NCBI GenBank assembly: GCA_003990765.1
Contig: RBNJ01000156.1
Span: 1 to 38,768, forward strand
DNA: 38,768 nt
Source: Jimgerdemannia flammicorona
Lineage: Eukaryota
Direction of reading: 5' to 3'
Each line of letters starts with the position of its first letter. Positions within the stretch are counted from its first letter, which is position 1. Shown here one piece after another: positions 23,290 to 36,378 of this stretch. The position numbers and the translations under genes are program-made. The notes below the pieces were generated by a model. It was given only the letters and a program-made list of their open reading frames with translations. It was not told the origin of the DNA and made no database searches.

Positions 23290-25654
23290 GGTGTAGTGCG
23301 GTCAAACGTACAAGGACGATCATTGAAAACGAAATGTCCGTGGACTGCTTCGCCTAATAATGAACATCCGAAGGCCGAGTCCAAATTCGGAATGAAAATT
23401 GGCGATGTACAACGTTTCGTGCATATGTTTATAGAATGTTGTCATCACATGAATCATGCAAATCGAAAAAATGGCTGAAGAGTACATAAATGACGTCTAT
23501 GTCTGTGGCTCTCCCAAGAGGGACTCACCCAGATAGGTTACGATAATGGCATTGACTGTATTGGGAAAATATTATTTTTACTCACCTCTGCAACTATCCA
23601 CGTCTTCAATTTGTTGGCGGTAACAAGCACCCTACAAACTCGGTATATACGGTACGGAAAGTGTCGAGGCAGGCACGGAGCTCTTGGCCGCAACTTGTTC
23701 GAAGCCAACATTTTCTGCTTGGCGATCTGTGCCAGATTTCGCTGTGTCACCTGAAAATCCTTGGAATAGGTCATTTGACAACACGACCGTCAAGCAGGAT
23801 CATTGAGCAGGTCTACCTCTGTTCCCAGAAGGCGAACATACAGGGGTATTACTCGTGCCATTTTTTGACGAGGGGGAGAAGCGGAAGGTTTGGAAAGGTG
23901 TGAGTCTTAATTCCTGAACTCTGAACGTTGCATTCTCTCTGTTTCCCTGGCAAGCCTCGCCATTCAACTTTACGCTCAAGGTGATAGGAAAGGTTGCAAA
24001 TGGTAGTTTGGTGGAGTCGGTTTTTATTTACTATTATTATCATTATCTGGGGCGGAGTGTATCAAAGAGAAGAAGAAAGGAGTGAGTGGGTAGAAGTGGA
24101 TGGAGCCAGCCGGGAATCTTGCACACCTCGCAAAACCGCATTAATGCCGCCTTTGTCCTCCATCCATCGAACCGTAGGCATTCGAAAAATCTGACTGGCT
24201 CTATCCCGAACAACGCCGCTCTCTCCATCATCGCCAATCGATAACTAGTCAATGTCGTGTCCTACGCCTATTTAAATATTTTGGTGAATACAGGTAGGAG
24301 GAGCAGGGCGGACATCGTGGCATCGGCAGGGGCGGGAGTTATGGCCGAGGATGGGGTTAGCATGGACGAGTTAGCGTGGGGTCCGAATCGGCCAAACTCA
24401 ACACCATGACGAAAGCCTTCGCTCTTGTAGCAAACGCAATCGTCATCACGTACCTTACCATTATCACCAACAGCATTCAGGGATGTAATAATCTTTTGAA
24501 CAAGGTCAGATGTGCAGAGAGGGATATGTATCGGGCGGTCGCGGGGTGGGATAGTATGGTCATCGTAGAATGGAGCGTGGTAAAGGGGTCGAGGGCTGTG
24601 TTAGCGCCGTTGAGAGTTTTGTGAAGGTGATGTGGTTAAAGAAACGTAGAAGGCAGGGATATTATATCACCGTATATTGTGTCTTTTTAAATAAACATGA
24701 TGTGTTCTTTGCTTTCCATCATTGGCTGCATCCCACCCGAACCTGAATCTGAACCTGCATTTATATCTGTACCCATATGGGTGGTAAGTCAACGTCATCA
24801 TCCCTCTCTCCAGACCACCCAAATCGTTCGCTCATATTTCTACCCTTTCACCTTCTACGTTCCCACAAAGGGTGGCCCCCGCCCGGCTTTGCCAAAACGA
24901 TGGCTGGTCGCCTGATCGCGCAGAAGACGCGCTTCCATTTTGTGCGACAGCAGGCGTGAAGCGGGCGTTTTCAACATTTTCGACGTGGCTCTCACCACCA
25001 TTTGTGATCTAAAACGACTCGTATACACCGAAGATATTAGTGGCGCGTTCGTGAATGAGGAAAAATCAGTGCTACTACATAGAAAATTCTTGAATATTAC
25101 GGTGAAACGATCATGTAATGGACGAGAATAGATATGGCCCAAAGGGCGTAATTCACTTCATTTCCTTCAATACTGACGACTCCAATTCGGCGATTAAATG
25201 GCTTGCGCGGTAGTCGGTGAGGATCCGCCGAATGTCGTATAGCGGTAAATCATGGCCGTCTTTATTTATTTCGAATTGACGGATCAACTCCTTCGCGAGT
25301 AAGCCCTAAATGCGTAACTGCCAGAGACGACTTTCTGGATCTGATGCGTCGTAGGGTCGAGATCTCTGCTGCAGGTTTGAAAATGAGCTTGGTCGATAGC
25401 TGGTGATGGTTGATGATGGTTGGGTATTCAACGGTCAAATTGGGCTTGCGCACTCCACGACATGGAAAATCACCACAACACTCGCCAGACGCCAGACCAT
25501 CACCCACATCGCTTTTTTCGGTGTCACCATCACCAAGTGAGTAATTCGTGACGCCATCATTCCCATTTCTATAAATTCCTTACTTCTTTTTCCCTTCCGC
25601 TCACCCCTCTTATTCCACATCAACCGACCACCTCACTTCCAAACTCAACCCATC

Positions 25655-26660
25655 ATGCAATCTCTCGCCCGCCACCCCACCGAATCCACCGAGCTCAAAT
25701 TTTCCCAGCTCCCCGCTGCCGGTGCCGGTACGTCTCCCTTCACTTTTACGTGTCCTAGTTATATAATAAATGTAATAAATGCCTTCTTGCACTTTTCGTT
25801 TCACACAAACGACACAGCCCAACCCCCCGCCCAGTCCGTCGCCCCGGGTCCCGGCAGAGGTAACGGCAATGATATTCCGCAGGGCAAAGTCTCTCAGGGC
25901 AGCTACTCGCAGGCCGCCTTCACTACTAGCACCCGTCCTGCCCACGAGGTGGCTGACGCCCTCAAGTCCACCGTTGCCAATATGCTGCGCGCCGCCGACC
26001 AATTCCAAGGTGCCGCCCAAGAATTCAAGAACGCCGTCGACTTGCTCCTCAATAACGGCGATATCCAGCAGCAACGCGGCCTATCTCAACTGCAGCAACA
26101 GCACGGTTCCCTTCGCCAGCAGCAGACCAGCCTTCCTCAGGTCCGTCTCCGCGACGAAGGCGTCCCTCTCGAGGATGAACGCAGGAGACTCTCCGAGCTC
26201 AAGGCCGTCGCGTCCCGTCATGCCATCCAGGAGGGAGTGCCTCTTCGCAGGGGAGAGGCAGCCGTCGCCCGTTAGTACCAGTTTCTGTTTGGGCTGTCAT
26301 TTGGTGCGCGAAATGACGGAAATCAACTAACGCTAGTGCACTCTTCATGCAACCTCTTTAGAATCCGCTGAATCCAAGTACGCCGCGGCCCTCGCCCTGG
26401 AGCACAACACGCCCATCGGCCAGGAACAGCGCTCGGTCCCGCCAGCTGACTATTATGTCGACGAGCAACGTTTGGCCGAAGAGCTGCGCGACGAGGCCGC
26501 GCATCGGATGCAAGCCGAGCGCGTTGAGGTCGGCCGCATTCCCCGCGCTGGACCCGCCGCCAAGGTTCAGGCGGCCGCTACAAGAATTGGAAAGTTAGCG
26601 GCGGGCAAGATTGGGCAGCCAGGTCAGCATGTTATGGAGGAGCAACAGGGTACGGAATAG
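25655..26660 (+). CDS. Hydrophilic SMP/LEA-like protein, join(25655..25727,25818..26270,26362..26660), 274 aa
   Basis: Introns GTACGT...CAG (25728-25817) and GTTAGT...ACTAAC...TAG (26271-26361) give one frame; motifs GVPLRRGEAAVAQSAESK and GRIPRAGPAAKVQAAATR resemble fungal seed-maturation-protein repeats; TATAAA near 25569. Confidence 0.72.
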
Positions 26661-27462
26661 CAGGTTACAGAACACCAGGATGTGGGGCAGCAAGGCATGG
26701 GGCAGCAGTAATAGGCCGGTGGGAAGAGAGCTGGTGTTACGGGGCAGTAAATCTTGATGAATGAAGATCGTGAAGGAATGGCAAGGGATTAGATGGCTGA
26801 AAAGTTGGCGTGAATATATATAAAAAAGAAAAAAGAAAATTCAGTTGGATTCAATACATTTCGACGATTGCCGATTTCAATTCATTCTTTGCAATAAAAA
26901 CAGCATCTGGCATACTTGGACGTAGTTGTGGTTGTGGATTCGCGGGTAATTTGGCGACTCTCTTTACGCTTGACAAGTCGCGATTGCTTGAAAATAAAAA
27001 TATACATACCATCCTCGGAAGGCATCTCGGGCTTCTCGAAATGGTGACGGAATACCTTATCCAAACACCAGGAGATTAGTCAACCTACCGACCACCCGAG
27101 CTCAATCGACACGGGCGTGGTACACCCCAATCAGTGATGTCATTTTCCGACTCTGAAGCGCATGCTGCAAGCTCCAGATAAATGAATGATGCCACGGGAT
27201 TCAGTGATGGGATCCTGAGACAACCAAACTACATCATGTGAAAAAGACTCGCGATAATGCAACGTCAACCTGAATCCTATTGGTCGCGTCACGCCCCGTC
27301 CAGGAAGGCGAGGCCAAGACAAGGGTTCATGTGTTTGGGATTTTCTAATACTCTCAAAATACGCAAACGTTGATGACGCCGAATGACGGAGCTTCGACGG
27401 ATGTCGTTTGTCACAAGCGTTACATACACATGGTATTGGGTTTCGTTGGTTCTGGTGTTGAA

Positions 27463-27806
27463 GGGTGGGCTACCTAGCTCTAGCGAAATGTATTCTTGGG
27501 GGCTTGATTCACTAAAGTTTTATTTACGTTATATATATATTTAATTTCAATTGACTATATTAACCATCTATAGTTTACATGTTCTTTAATACTTGTCAGC
27601 TTTAAAATAGCTACAGTTCAAAAAAGTCATGATGATATCTCTTAACTGAGGTTATTTTGATAAACTTTATAATAAACCTATTAGGATTCATATTGAGTAT
27701 TGTTATTGTACTATTTAAATTATTTATAATAATGAATTTTTAATATATTATCTTAATAGAGTATTCTGAATTGACTAAGTTAAATTCTCAACTAGAGCAC
27801 CACCCT
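27463..27806. mobile_element. MITE-like non-autonomous element (8-bp target duplication, hAT-like size)
   Basis: GTGTTGAA at 27455-27462 and 27807-27814; imperfect TIRs GGGTGG...GCTCTAG / CTAGAGCACCACCC; AT-rich interior. Confidence 0.5.
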
Positions 27807-28432
27807 GTGTTGAAATCAATAACCCTTGGGAGTTTTATATATTTTTTATTTTTATCCTAATTCTCACGCAGAAATCCATTAGAACGAGTAAAATTAATCC
27901 GATTAAAGGCATTGATGCATTTTCCAATGGAAAAAATAAAAATGCGTCATGTATTGCCAGTAATTACATAATATTGGATATGGTGGCGGTGGTAGAAAGA
28001 AAGACATTTTAGCATGGCTTCAATATAGCCAAAGATGATGAGCCAAATCAGGTACATTTCTGTTGATCAGATTAGTTGTAGCCATGTAAGGATGGGGTGC
28101 GAAAAAGGCTGAGCAAGAAGCGAAAGTCGGCAAGGGCAGAAACTGGTCGGCTATTATCTGCTCGAACAGAATGAGCTTCATCACGATGCATAAATTTTTC
28201 TCACTGTATCTCTTTAATATTACCACCTTCTCTATTTCTCATTACTCTGTGAATCGCACCCAACGCTGTTTGTTCCTTTCCTATGGCTTTGGAACGCCAA
28301 CACCAACCTAATCGCAGTTAATGTAATTACATTGATTTCAGTTTATTTATAAGGACGACTGCAACAGGTCACAAGTCACTGCGCCACAGTTTATGTATCC
28401 TCGAATCAACCCCATCAAAGGTGTAATCAAAC

Positions 28433-29930
28433 ATGGACATGAAATCCAACAGTGGTCTTAACCTCAAGAACGACATCGCCGCCCTATGGAAAGACACAGC
28501 TTACCACGACGTAAGCATCGTCTGCGCTGATGACGTCGAGCTTGGCGCTTGCCGTGCTGTATTGGCTGCAAGGTGTGTTCGATTGTTTTCCGATTGTGTT
28601 TCATGAGGTTATAGATCTATCTCATATCGTATGGTTCCAAAGATCCCCCGTCTTCAAGGCAATGTTGTACGGAAACATGAAAGAGAGCGTCTCCCAGCGA
28701 GTCGTCCTCCACGACATCAACTCTGCAGCGCTCACCACCGTCCTCGGCTTTATCTACACCGAATCGATCGATGACACCACCGTCACCATTGCGGTGGACG
28801 TCTACCGCGCAGCGAGCTTCCTTCTCCTCCCAAAACTCATGGCAATGGTGCTGGAGCGTGCCCAAGACATTTCCGACTTTGGCGTCTCCTCGTCTCTCCT
28901 CAACGAGGCCGCCGCCTCCATCCCATGGAGTGAGGCCAGCAAGGACCTCTACGCCGTGCTGCTCAAGCCTTTCTACACTCGAAATCTCGCCGTAGGAGAG
29001 TTGACAGACCTCTCCAAAGAGGCTATCGAGCTATTCTTTACTGCACCCTTGGCGACTACTTTCGTTACTTCCGAACACGACCTGCTTCTGTGTGTCGTCG
29101 ACTGGGTCTGGGCGCATTCCGATGAGCCGGGACCCGATGTTACGGAGCGTCATGACGTCTTGCGTGATGTTGCCCGTATGGTTCCGGGATGTGAGGGCAA
29201 GATTCGTCTAGGAAATGACTCGTTGCTAAACATGATGAAGCATGTGGACCTCACCCTTGTGTGCCCGCATCGCCTTAAGACCCTCACGGAGGCGGTCGAT
29301 GGGTTTGCCAATTCGTCTCCGCACTACATGGCCTTTTGTTACCACGCATGCAAGAACACTATGTGCCTAATGGGGCATCCGTCCGGGTATCGTGCAAAGG
29401 ATCTCCAGTGGGATCGATCCAAGGTCGGTTCGCGCGTTGTCGTTTCAGATAACGGCAAGGTCGTGGAGCTTTCTGTCGCGGAGCTTTCTGTCGGTACGCC
29501 AGCGCCCGTGGGCCAGACGGCGCGGATCTCCGTCCCCGGGACAACGACCGTGGACGGACTATGCGAATGGGACATTGTGGTCGAGTCCGTTGGATTATAT
29601 AAATCTGAGCCCATCAGTGTGATCGGATTGGTGAGCGAGGATTTCGCTGACTTTAATTCCTACTCGAACACCAAGGGACTGCCATGGAGGTTCGAGTCTT
29701 GGAAGAACAACTATCGAAAGTTAATTGGGTCGAGAGAAACTCGCGACTATGGCGTCATTCTTCGGAGTGGCGATGTAGTAACTTTGCATCTGGATAAAGC
29801 CAAGCATACTTGCGCCTTTTCCATCAATGGAATTAACCAAGGGATTGCATGGACCGACCTTCCAGAGAAGGTGTACCCTGCCGTGACTTTGTGTGCACAA
29901 TCCAAGTATCGGATAAAAGATCGTTTTTAA
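28433..29930 (+). CDS. BTB/POZ plus SPRY domain protein, join(28433..28572,28643..29930), 475 aa
   Basis: Splicing restores BTB signature YHDVSIVCADDVELGACRAVLAAR|SPVFKAMLYGNMKES...VLGFIYTE; C-terminal SPRY GDVVTLHLDKAKHTCAFSINGINQGIAWTDLPEKVYPAVTL. Confidence 0.92.
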
Positions 29931-30396
29931 TATCATTTTCTTCTGCCTTTATTCATTTATTGGCTGATTGATATATATTATCCCTTTTTCTGTTGGTAAG
30001 AATGTCTTTTAAATTCATTTGGCAGACAAATTAAAGGTTGCAAAAAATGATTCGTTTTTCTGTTAAAAATATGACTTTTTGTTTTTTTATTATTTTATCA
30101 AAGGGATATAGAACTTTTATATATAAAATTATTGGTATTTTTTTTTTTATAAAGTTACTATAATTCTAGAAGTTATCAACTTTTAAAGTTATGCTCCTAA
30201 ATATGGGTGCAATACAGATAAAGAGATGTGAATTTTTTGTATATATATATGTATATATTCTATATTTGTGTTTCTATATTTTCCATACAATATATATACT
30301 GCACTCTCAATTACCTGTATTTAAACATTTGCAATTAGTGATAATATCTAGAGATGTTCTGTTACAATGGCTACCAATCCACATTTTTTCTTCCGT

Positions 30397-30500
30397 GTTC
30401 GCTCGTCCAGTCTACGTTCGCTCATCCAGTTCCCGTCCAGTTCGCGTTTGCTTGTCCAGTCAACGTTTGATCGTTCACTCGTCAAGTGTACGTTTGATGA
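30397..30500. repeat. Degenerate minisatellite (core CGTTCGCTCGTCCAGT, about five copies)
   Basis: Repeated GTTCGCTCRTCCAGT-like units inside an AT-rich tract. Confidence 0.6.
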
Positions 30501-33049
30501 CATCACAGTCTCACGAGCTGTCTCAGCGAGACTGACCGGGAAACCGGAGTGCTTCTAACACAGATCATGCGATGCAGCTTGTAGAGCTTGAGATTTCATT
30601 CGAGGGCCAGAGCCGTATGCAGAAGGCACCACCCAAATGGGGGTCCGAATGAGGGTCCGGAATGATGTGTTGAACTGTTTAAAATGATCAAAGTTATCTT
30701 CTCTGAGTTCACAGATGCGGTTGCATGAGGAACGTTTTTAGTTTTAATCCCCCAGAAGAGTCAGCAAAGTAGAATAGCCTGAAGGCTCCTTTCATTTCTT
30801 TAATAATAATCTTAATATTATATATAGTATATAAATACAATGTACAATTTGAATAAATTTATATTCAATAGTTTTTAAGCATTATTAAAAAATATATATA
30901 TATATATATCTTCTCAATTTATCTATATATATATCTATTATAAAAAAAGAGCTTCATGTAGATGAGATCTGATGATCTCTGAAATATTTTTCACAAAATA
31001 TAATTAGAAAAAACACTCACTAGAAAGAGTTTTCCAGCTAAATTGTTTGGTGCTTAAAGTATCATCTGGAAGCAAAATAATAACAATATGAGAATTGTAA
31101 ATTATTTTCAGAGAAATATTTCCCTCTCTAGTGCAAAACCTATAGCACATAGCCAAAATCCTCCAAACCAGTTTGCCTGTTCAATTCGGATATTGGGTGA
31201 GTATGCTGAGAGTATTATATTCTCTGAACAGAGTGCCATCCAGCTCCCCTCTATCAGGATGAGTGACACGGAATTGACTTGTCCAGTCTCGATCTTAACA
31301 AGAGAATGTGATATTGCCATTTGGATAATTGGACAATAACAGAACTAATCAGAGTTATGAACATAGTTCAAACTGCGGCAAAGTCCCTGAGGTGGGAGGA
31401 GTCTAGAACAGTCTGTTTCAGTACATATAGTGTAGTTTCAGCTAGGGCTTCAGCCTGTTTCAGTTTACCCAACCATAGTATACTTAGTTAGTACAATTCA
31501 GGGGCACCTTTATTTGCTGCAGGGCAGCACACTCCACCCCTCATCATCTAGCTGAACAATAGGCTGAACAATAGTTTAGCATCAGTACTTCGCATACTAT
31601 TAGTCTCTAGTAGTAGCTCCCAAGCTGTTTTCGCATACATGCCCTCTATATACCATTCTTAAGGTATTCAGCTGGCACTTGTGCTGGCTCCACCTTATGC
31701 ATGCTCACCAATCCCAAATATGGCTGGCTTACATGCATCGCAGAAGGAGTATCTCATTGCATTCTGCTGCAAATACAAGTTACCTGCTGATGGCACTAAA
31801 AACATATTGATTACACAGCTTGAAGACTCTTATCTATTGTTTGTTCCAGTGCCTCAGATCAGTTCACCTATAGATAACACATTAATTGAGCACCTTCTCC
31901 CTACTATCATAGCATGCCTTACAGGCAACCCTCCCTCAGTCCTGACACCTACACCTCCAGTCTTCTCCTCCATGGTACCATTCAGCCCAGCTCTAGATGG
32001 TCTAAACTCCATCATCCCACTTTTAGCCCTTTCTCTTGGTCTACAGGCCTCTGCCATATCAGTGCCATATGGTGAGTTTCAGTCATCCTTTGTTTCTGAC
32101 ATGGTTTTATGATACAACTGAGTACTGGCAGATCTTCTGGCCTCCCTTGATGCAGGGGATTATCAAATCCAAATGGACAGACTCTGCACTGCTCTCACAG
32201 GTCAACACTAAGTGGAAAATAGATAACTCCCTACCTGATCATGACCTCAACTTCCTCTTCTGGCTTGAGGCCCTCTTTAATATTTGTGGTGTACTGCTGG
32301 CCCTTGGGGCTACAAAGTCTGTAACCTATATAGTATATGCAGCCCAGCTCTTAGCCTACATCATCTTCATCATTAAAGTCATCAATAACCACTATAACTG
32401 AGCTGTATTATAGTGTTTTGACCACCAGGTCCATACCTTGAAGGCTTCCTTCCCAGAGCTAGACATTGGCAATCCAGAGGTAGTGTGGCATATCTTCAAG
32501 ATGGTCATCAGTCAACCAGCATCCACCCCAGTAGCATATCAATCAAATCGCTACATCAATTCTGCTACCTTGCCTACTAGCTCCAAAAACTCATCCATAT
32601 GATCTCTTCTGTACTTTCAGTGTGGAGTGCAGGGACATTTGTCTACTTCCTGCACCCAAGCACCTCTCCAATACCCAGTATTTCCTGCCAAACTGGATGA
32701 CTCCTTGTCCTATGATGGTGTCCCCAGCTCTATCTGCTGAAACTTCAATAGCTATAGCTGTCACAGTAACTACAGCAGATCCCACATCTGCATTTTCTGC
32801 TATGAGCCCTATATAGTCACAGCATGTCCTGCTCACTATGGCTAATTTGGCTATCCCTCTACTAGCTTCCAACCCTCACATTCCTTACTACTTGGAGGCT
32901 TGGTGTAATACCTTATGCACTCATCTGAACCAATCGCTAGTTCAGTATCATCTAGCTGGCCTTCAATGCAGCTACTTCTATGGCAACCATTCAAATCCAG
33001 AACTCCACATCGACCTTCTATCCAACAACCTCCTTTCAGCCTTCATCCA

Positions 33050-34400
33050 TCAGACAGTTCTTTCTGACAACATTTTGACCAAACTGGCTGCTAAGTAGTA
33101 CCTTGGCCCCTTTATATCACTCTCCACTCTTCCCCCCAAATTCTGTCCCTTTCACAATACCCTCCTAGGTATCATCTCCAAGAAAAACTCCACCAAATTC
33201 CATATGATCTAACACTTATCATTCCCTGAGAGTACCTCTATTAATGATGGTATTGACCCTGAGGAGTTCTCCATTCAGTATCAATCTATACAAGAAATTA
33301 TCCAGATTCTTATTTTCATTGGCTCCACTGCCCTCTTCTGGAAGGCAGATATCACTAATGTATTTCAAACCATTCCAGTCAATTGAGTTGATTGGGCCAT
33401 ACAGAGCATCTGTTGGCTTGGTCTGTTCTTCCTCAATATATACCTCCCATTTGGCTTATGCTCTATTCTCTTCATTTTCACCTTGCTCATAGACCTCTTT
33501 ATATGAATATGCTACCAGTTGTATAACCTTCTCAATTTGGGACATTTGTCAATAATTTCATCTATATGTCACAGGCAGCACATACTCATATGACATATGC
33601 CTGCTTCTACATAGTCACTGACCAGTTTGGCCTTCTGCTTAAGCTGCTCAAGGATGTCCCTCTCTCTCTAATTATTGAATATATAGGTTTTCTACTAGAT
33701 ACTTCCAATATGACCATCAGCCTTCCTGTAGACAAATGTGAGTGCATCCTCACTATTCTGGCAGACTGGCTCATCCTCTTGGAAAAGTCACACAGCTCTC
33801 ACCTATGATCATACCATGAGGCCCAGTCATTACAGGGCTATTTAATGCATATTGTCCAGGTCTTATCTGATAGAAAAATATTCTGTGACTCTATTATTTA
33901 CTTCATGGCAGTGTGGAAGCCCCTATATACCAGGTGCCACCACCTGCCTAATTGCCTTATTGCCAACTTACTTTGGTAGCAGAATATACTATGCTTGTAG
34001 ATAGGCCATCACCTGCTTTTCTACTCTGACTGGCTCAACTGTGGCTTTTTTACAGACACATCAGACTCACTTGGTACTAGTGCTTGGTTTGGCCAGTGCT
34101 GGTAGAGTGCTCATTGGGTCCCATCATTCTCTGGTCTGGGTAGATATGATATCTTCTGAAAGAGAATGTTCACTATTTGAGTCTTGCTCATACTTTGGGG
34201 CCCATCATTCCACTCTCATCAGATCATCCTATGGTGTGATAGCCAACCTTGTATCAAATCTTTGACCAGTGACCACACCCCTCACTATCTTGTTAATAAT
34301 TTCCTTCATCGGATTGTCATCCTTCATCTTGAATTCAGCTTTGATATTCAAGCCAGGTATATCCCTTTAGAGTCTAACCCCACCAATTCCCTGTCTTATT
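33050..34400 (+). pseudogene. RT and RNase H relic of the DIRS/Ngaro element
   Basis: LGIISKKNSTKFHMI*HLSFPESTSINDGID...FWKADITNVFQTIPV...YLPFGLCS; decayed YxDD (GTC AAT AAT TTC at ~33548); IEYIGFLLDTSNMTISLP; RNase H FTDTS and ILWCDSQPCI. Confidence 0.85.
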
Positions 34401-34479
34401 TTGTATATCTCCCAACCCATCTACAGAATCTGCTCCCACCTCAGATATCATCTCTCTTTGGCTTTATAATTGATTCAAA

Positions 34480-35373
34480 GCCTGCTTGTATCAATATGCC
34501 CATACCTGCACTGGCAGTCTCTACCCAGGGATCAACTCTCTTCTCTGGTTTCTTGACTCCTGTCACATCCCTGAGCAGGCAGTCTTCCCTTTGACTGATG
34601 ACCTCCTCAGTTACTGGACACTGTGGGTAGCCAATGACAAGAAGTCCCATATAATAATAAAGAACTACTTCTATGACCTAGCTGCTTACCAGGTGGCCCA
34701 CTGGCAGGGCTCTACCCTATAATGCACTAACCTACCTCTGTTTGATGTAGTCCTAAAGAACATTGCTGCCAACCCCCTCCTTGATGTCCCATCACTCAAA
34801 TGCCTTCCTATTATCCACCAACATCTCTGGTGCATCTGTCTTTGCTTATGTCTTAACACTCCACCCAGTGCCACAGTCTGGGCTATTACATATACAGCCT
34901 TCTATGGCCTCATGAGAATAGGTAAATTAATGATCTGAGATGGTTAGGTTTTTAATCCATCCTGGCAAGTTTGCTATCATCATCTTTAATGCTGCTAGGA
35001 CTCTACTCTTGCCTGCCCATTTTGGTCAATTTACCTACCTTGCATGAAGATGGGCTCTGCTGGTGAGGTGTTCCTGGAGTTTTCCAGGGCTTTTGATTGC
35101 CCTTGCTCAGTGATTGATAATATGGTTTGGGTCATTTTGACTCAACCGGATGAACCCACCTTTTGTCTTGGGTCCGCGCAGCCATTGTTTCATATGAGCT
35201 TTATCAATACCATTTGATCCACTTTATCTGGCTTGGCTCTTGCATCAGGGATCCATAGTCATTCCTTCCATATTGGTGGTGCCACTCTGCTGGCTTCCAC
35301 TGGTTACCTTGACCATATCATCCAATTGGCTGGCCACTGGAAGTTCTCCATCTTTTTGTGCTACATTCGGTAA
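34480..35373 (+). pseudogene. Tyrosine recombinase relic
   Basis: AFYGLMRIGKL (catalytic R) and SHSFHIGGATLLASTG...IQLAGHWKFSIFLCYIR (decayed H-x-x-R, W, Y). Confidence 0.88.
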
Positions 35374-35724
35374 CTTGATCACATCATCCCTTGCACGACA
35401 GCTACACTTGCAGCGCTGCCCTTCCCAGTGCTCCCGTGGGCCATCGGTTTGGCTGGTGGTGGCCGGGCATCATCCATGAGCAGTTAGTGACATCTCACGA
35501 AGCCTCAACCACCCCTTAGGCCTGCAATGGTTGGCCTTCTTCGCCATAGACAAGGGCGGGCCTGGGAAGTGCGTGCTTTACCCAGCCAAACCCAACATTC
35601 ACTTGGTTGCTCGTTTTGATGTCCCCTTCTCCTTCCCTTCCATTTCGTTCCCCTCACTCGATCAGTGCAATCTTCCCATTTTTGGGCAGTACCCAATTTT
35701 GGCGCGCCCGGGGACGTTGCGGCA

Positions 35725-36077
35725 ATAACGGCAATTATAGAACGACGAAAGATAATGAAACAACAAAAAATTATAGAGCGACGACGATTACAACCATAGA
35801 AAGACGATAAGGATTATGGAACAACGTCATCTGCAGGACGACGATTAACCGCAGAACGATGACTATCCGCAGTGCGGAATGACAATTAACCGCGAAACGG
35901 CCATTAATTATTTGCGAATATTACCCGAAAAATTCGGCAAACGACGATTTATTGCGTAAGACAGTTAATAACTATTCGAGACCTAACGTCACCATCGGTC
36001 TTCTTCGAGACTGGACCTCAGGAATGTTATCATCAAGGCTGGCGAGGCTAGCGAGGCTAGTGAGGCTAGCGAGGCTG
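35725..36077. repeat. Short tandem repeats: degenerate ACGACGATTAACCGCAGA-like units (~35725-35900) and 9-bp AGGCTAGCG x4.7 (36036-36077)
   Basis: Read directly from the sequence. Confidence 0.65.
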
Positions 36078-36378
36078 ATACGTCGCCATCAAGACGGTGA
36101 CATCACCATCAAGACTATGACGTCACTCTGGCAGAATGGATGTGTTGCAAGTTAGACGCTTGTGCCAATGTATTTTATTTTTATGTAATCACAAGGAATA
36201 TAATATATTTTTATACATTTTTTTAATAGCAATTACCATACTTCATTCTCATGCAATCGTAGGCAGTACTGCTCATTGTCATGATTCTCAGCAAAATCCC
36301 ATAGTATCATTGTAACGTTGCAATGGCCATGCTCAAATATCCCATTAAAACAACTTCAGCACACCACTCACTATACCG

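Larger units (their letters stand above)
31400..35700 (+). mobile_element. Degenerate tyrosine-recombinase retrotransposon (DIRS order, Ngaro-like); termini approximate
   Basis: gag-like region, RT, RNase H and tyrosine recombinase in order on the plus strand, all with stops or frameshifts; strong CpG depletion over ~31400-35100. Confidence 0.88.

Noticed and set aside
23530..24620. Possible upstream exons of the kinase-LRR gene or a separate decayed minus-strand gene (GTGAGT donors near 23586 and 23528)
   Set aside because: Frames contain stops and no identifiable domain, and I cannot link them to the ATG at 23289
25610..26330. Overlapping ORFs 25610-26074 (-) and 25779-26330 (+)
   Set aside because: Shadow frames of the GC-rich SMP-like gene
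28530..28642. ORF-track N-terminus MTSSLALAVLYWLQ... of the BTB protein
   Set aside because: It reads an alternative frame of exon 1 plus the intron; the spliced model from ATG 28433 restores the BTB motif
30610..30630. GAGCCGTATGC resembling the start of group II intron domain V
   Set aside because: The complementary GTACGGTTC arm and domain VI are absent
35465..35505. Hammerhead-like GTGA-CATC-TCAC-GAAG at the DIRS 3' end
   Set aside because: CTGANGA core is missing
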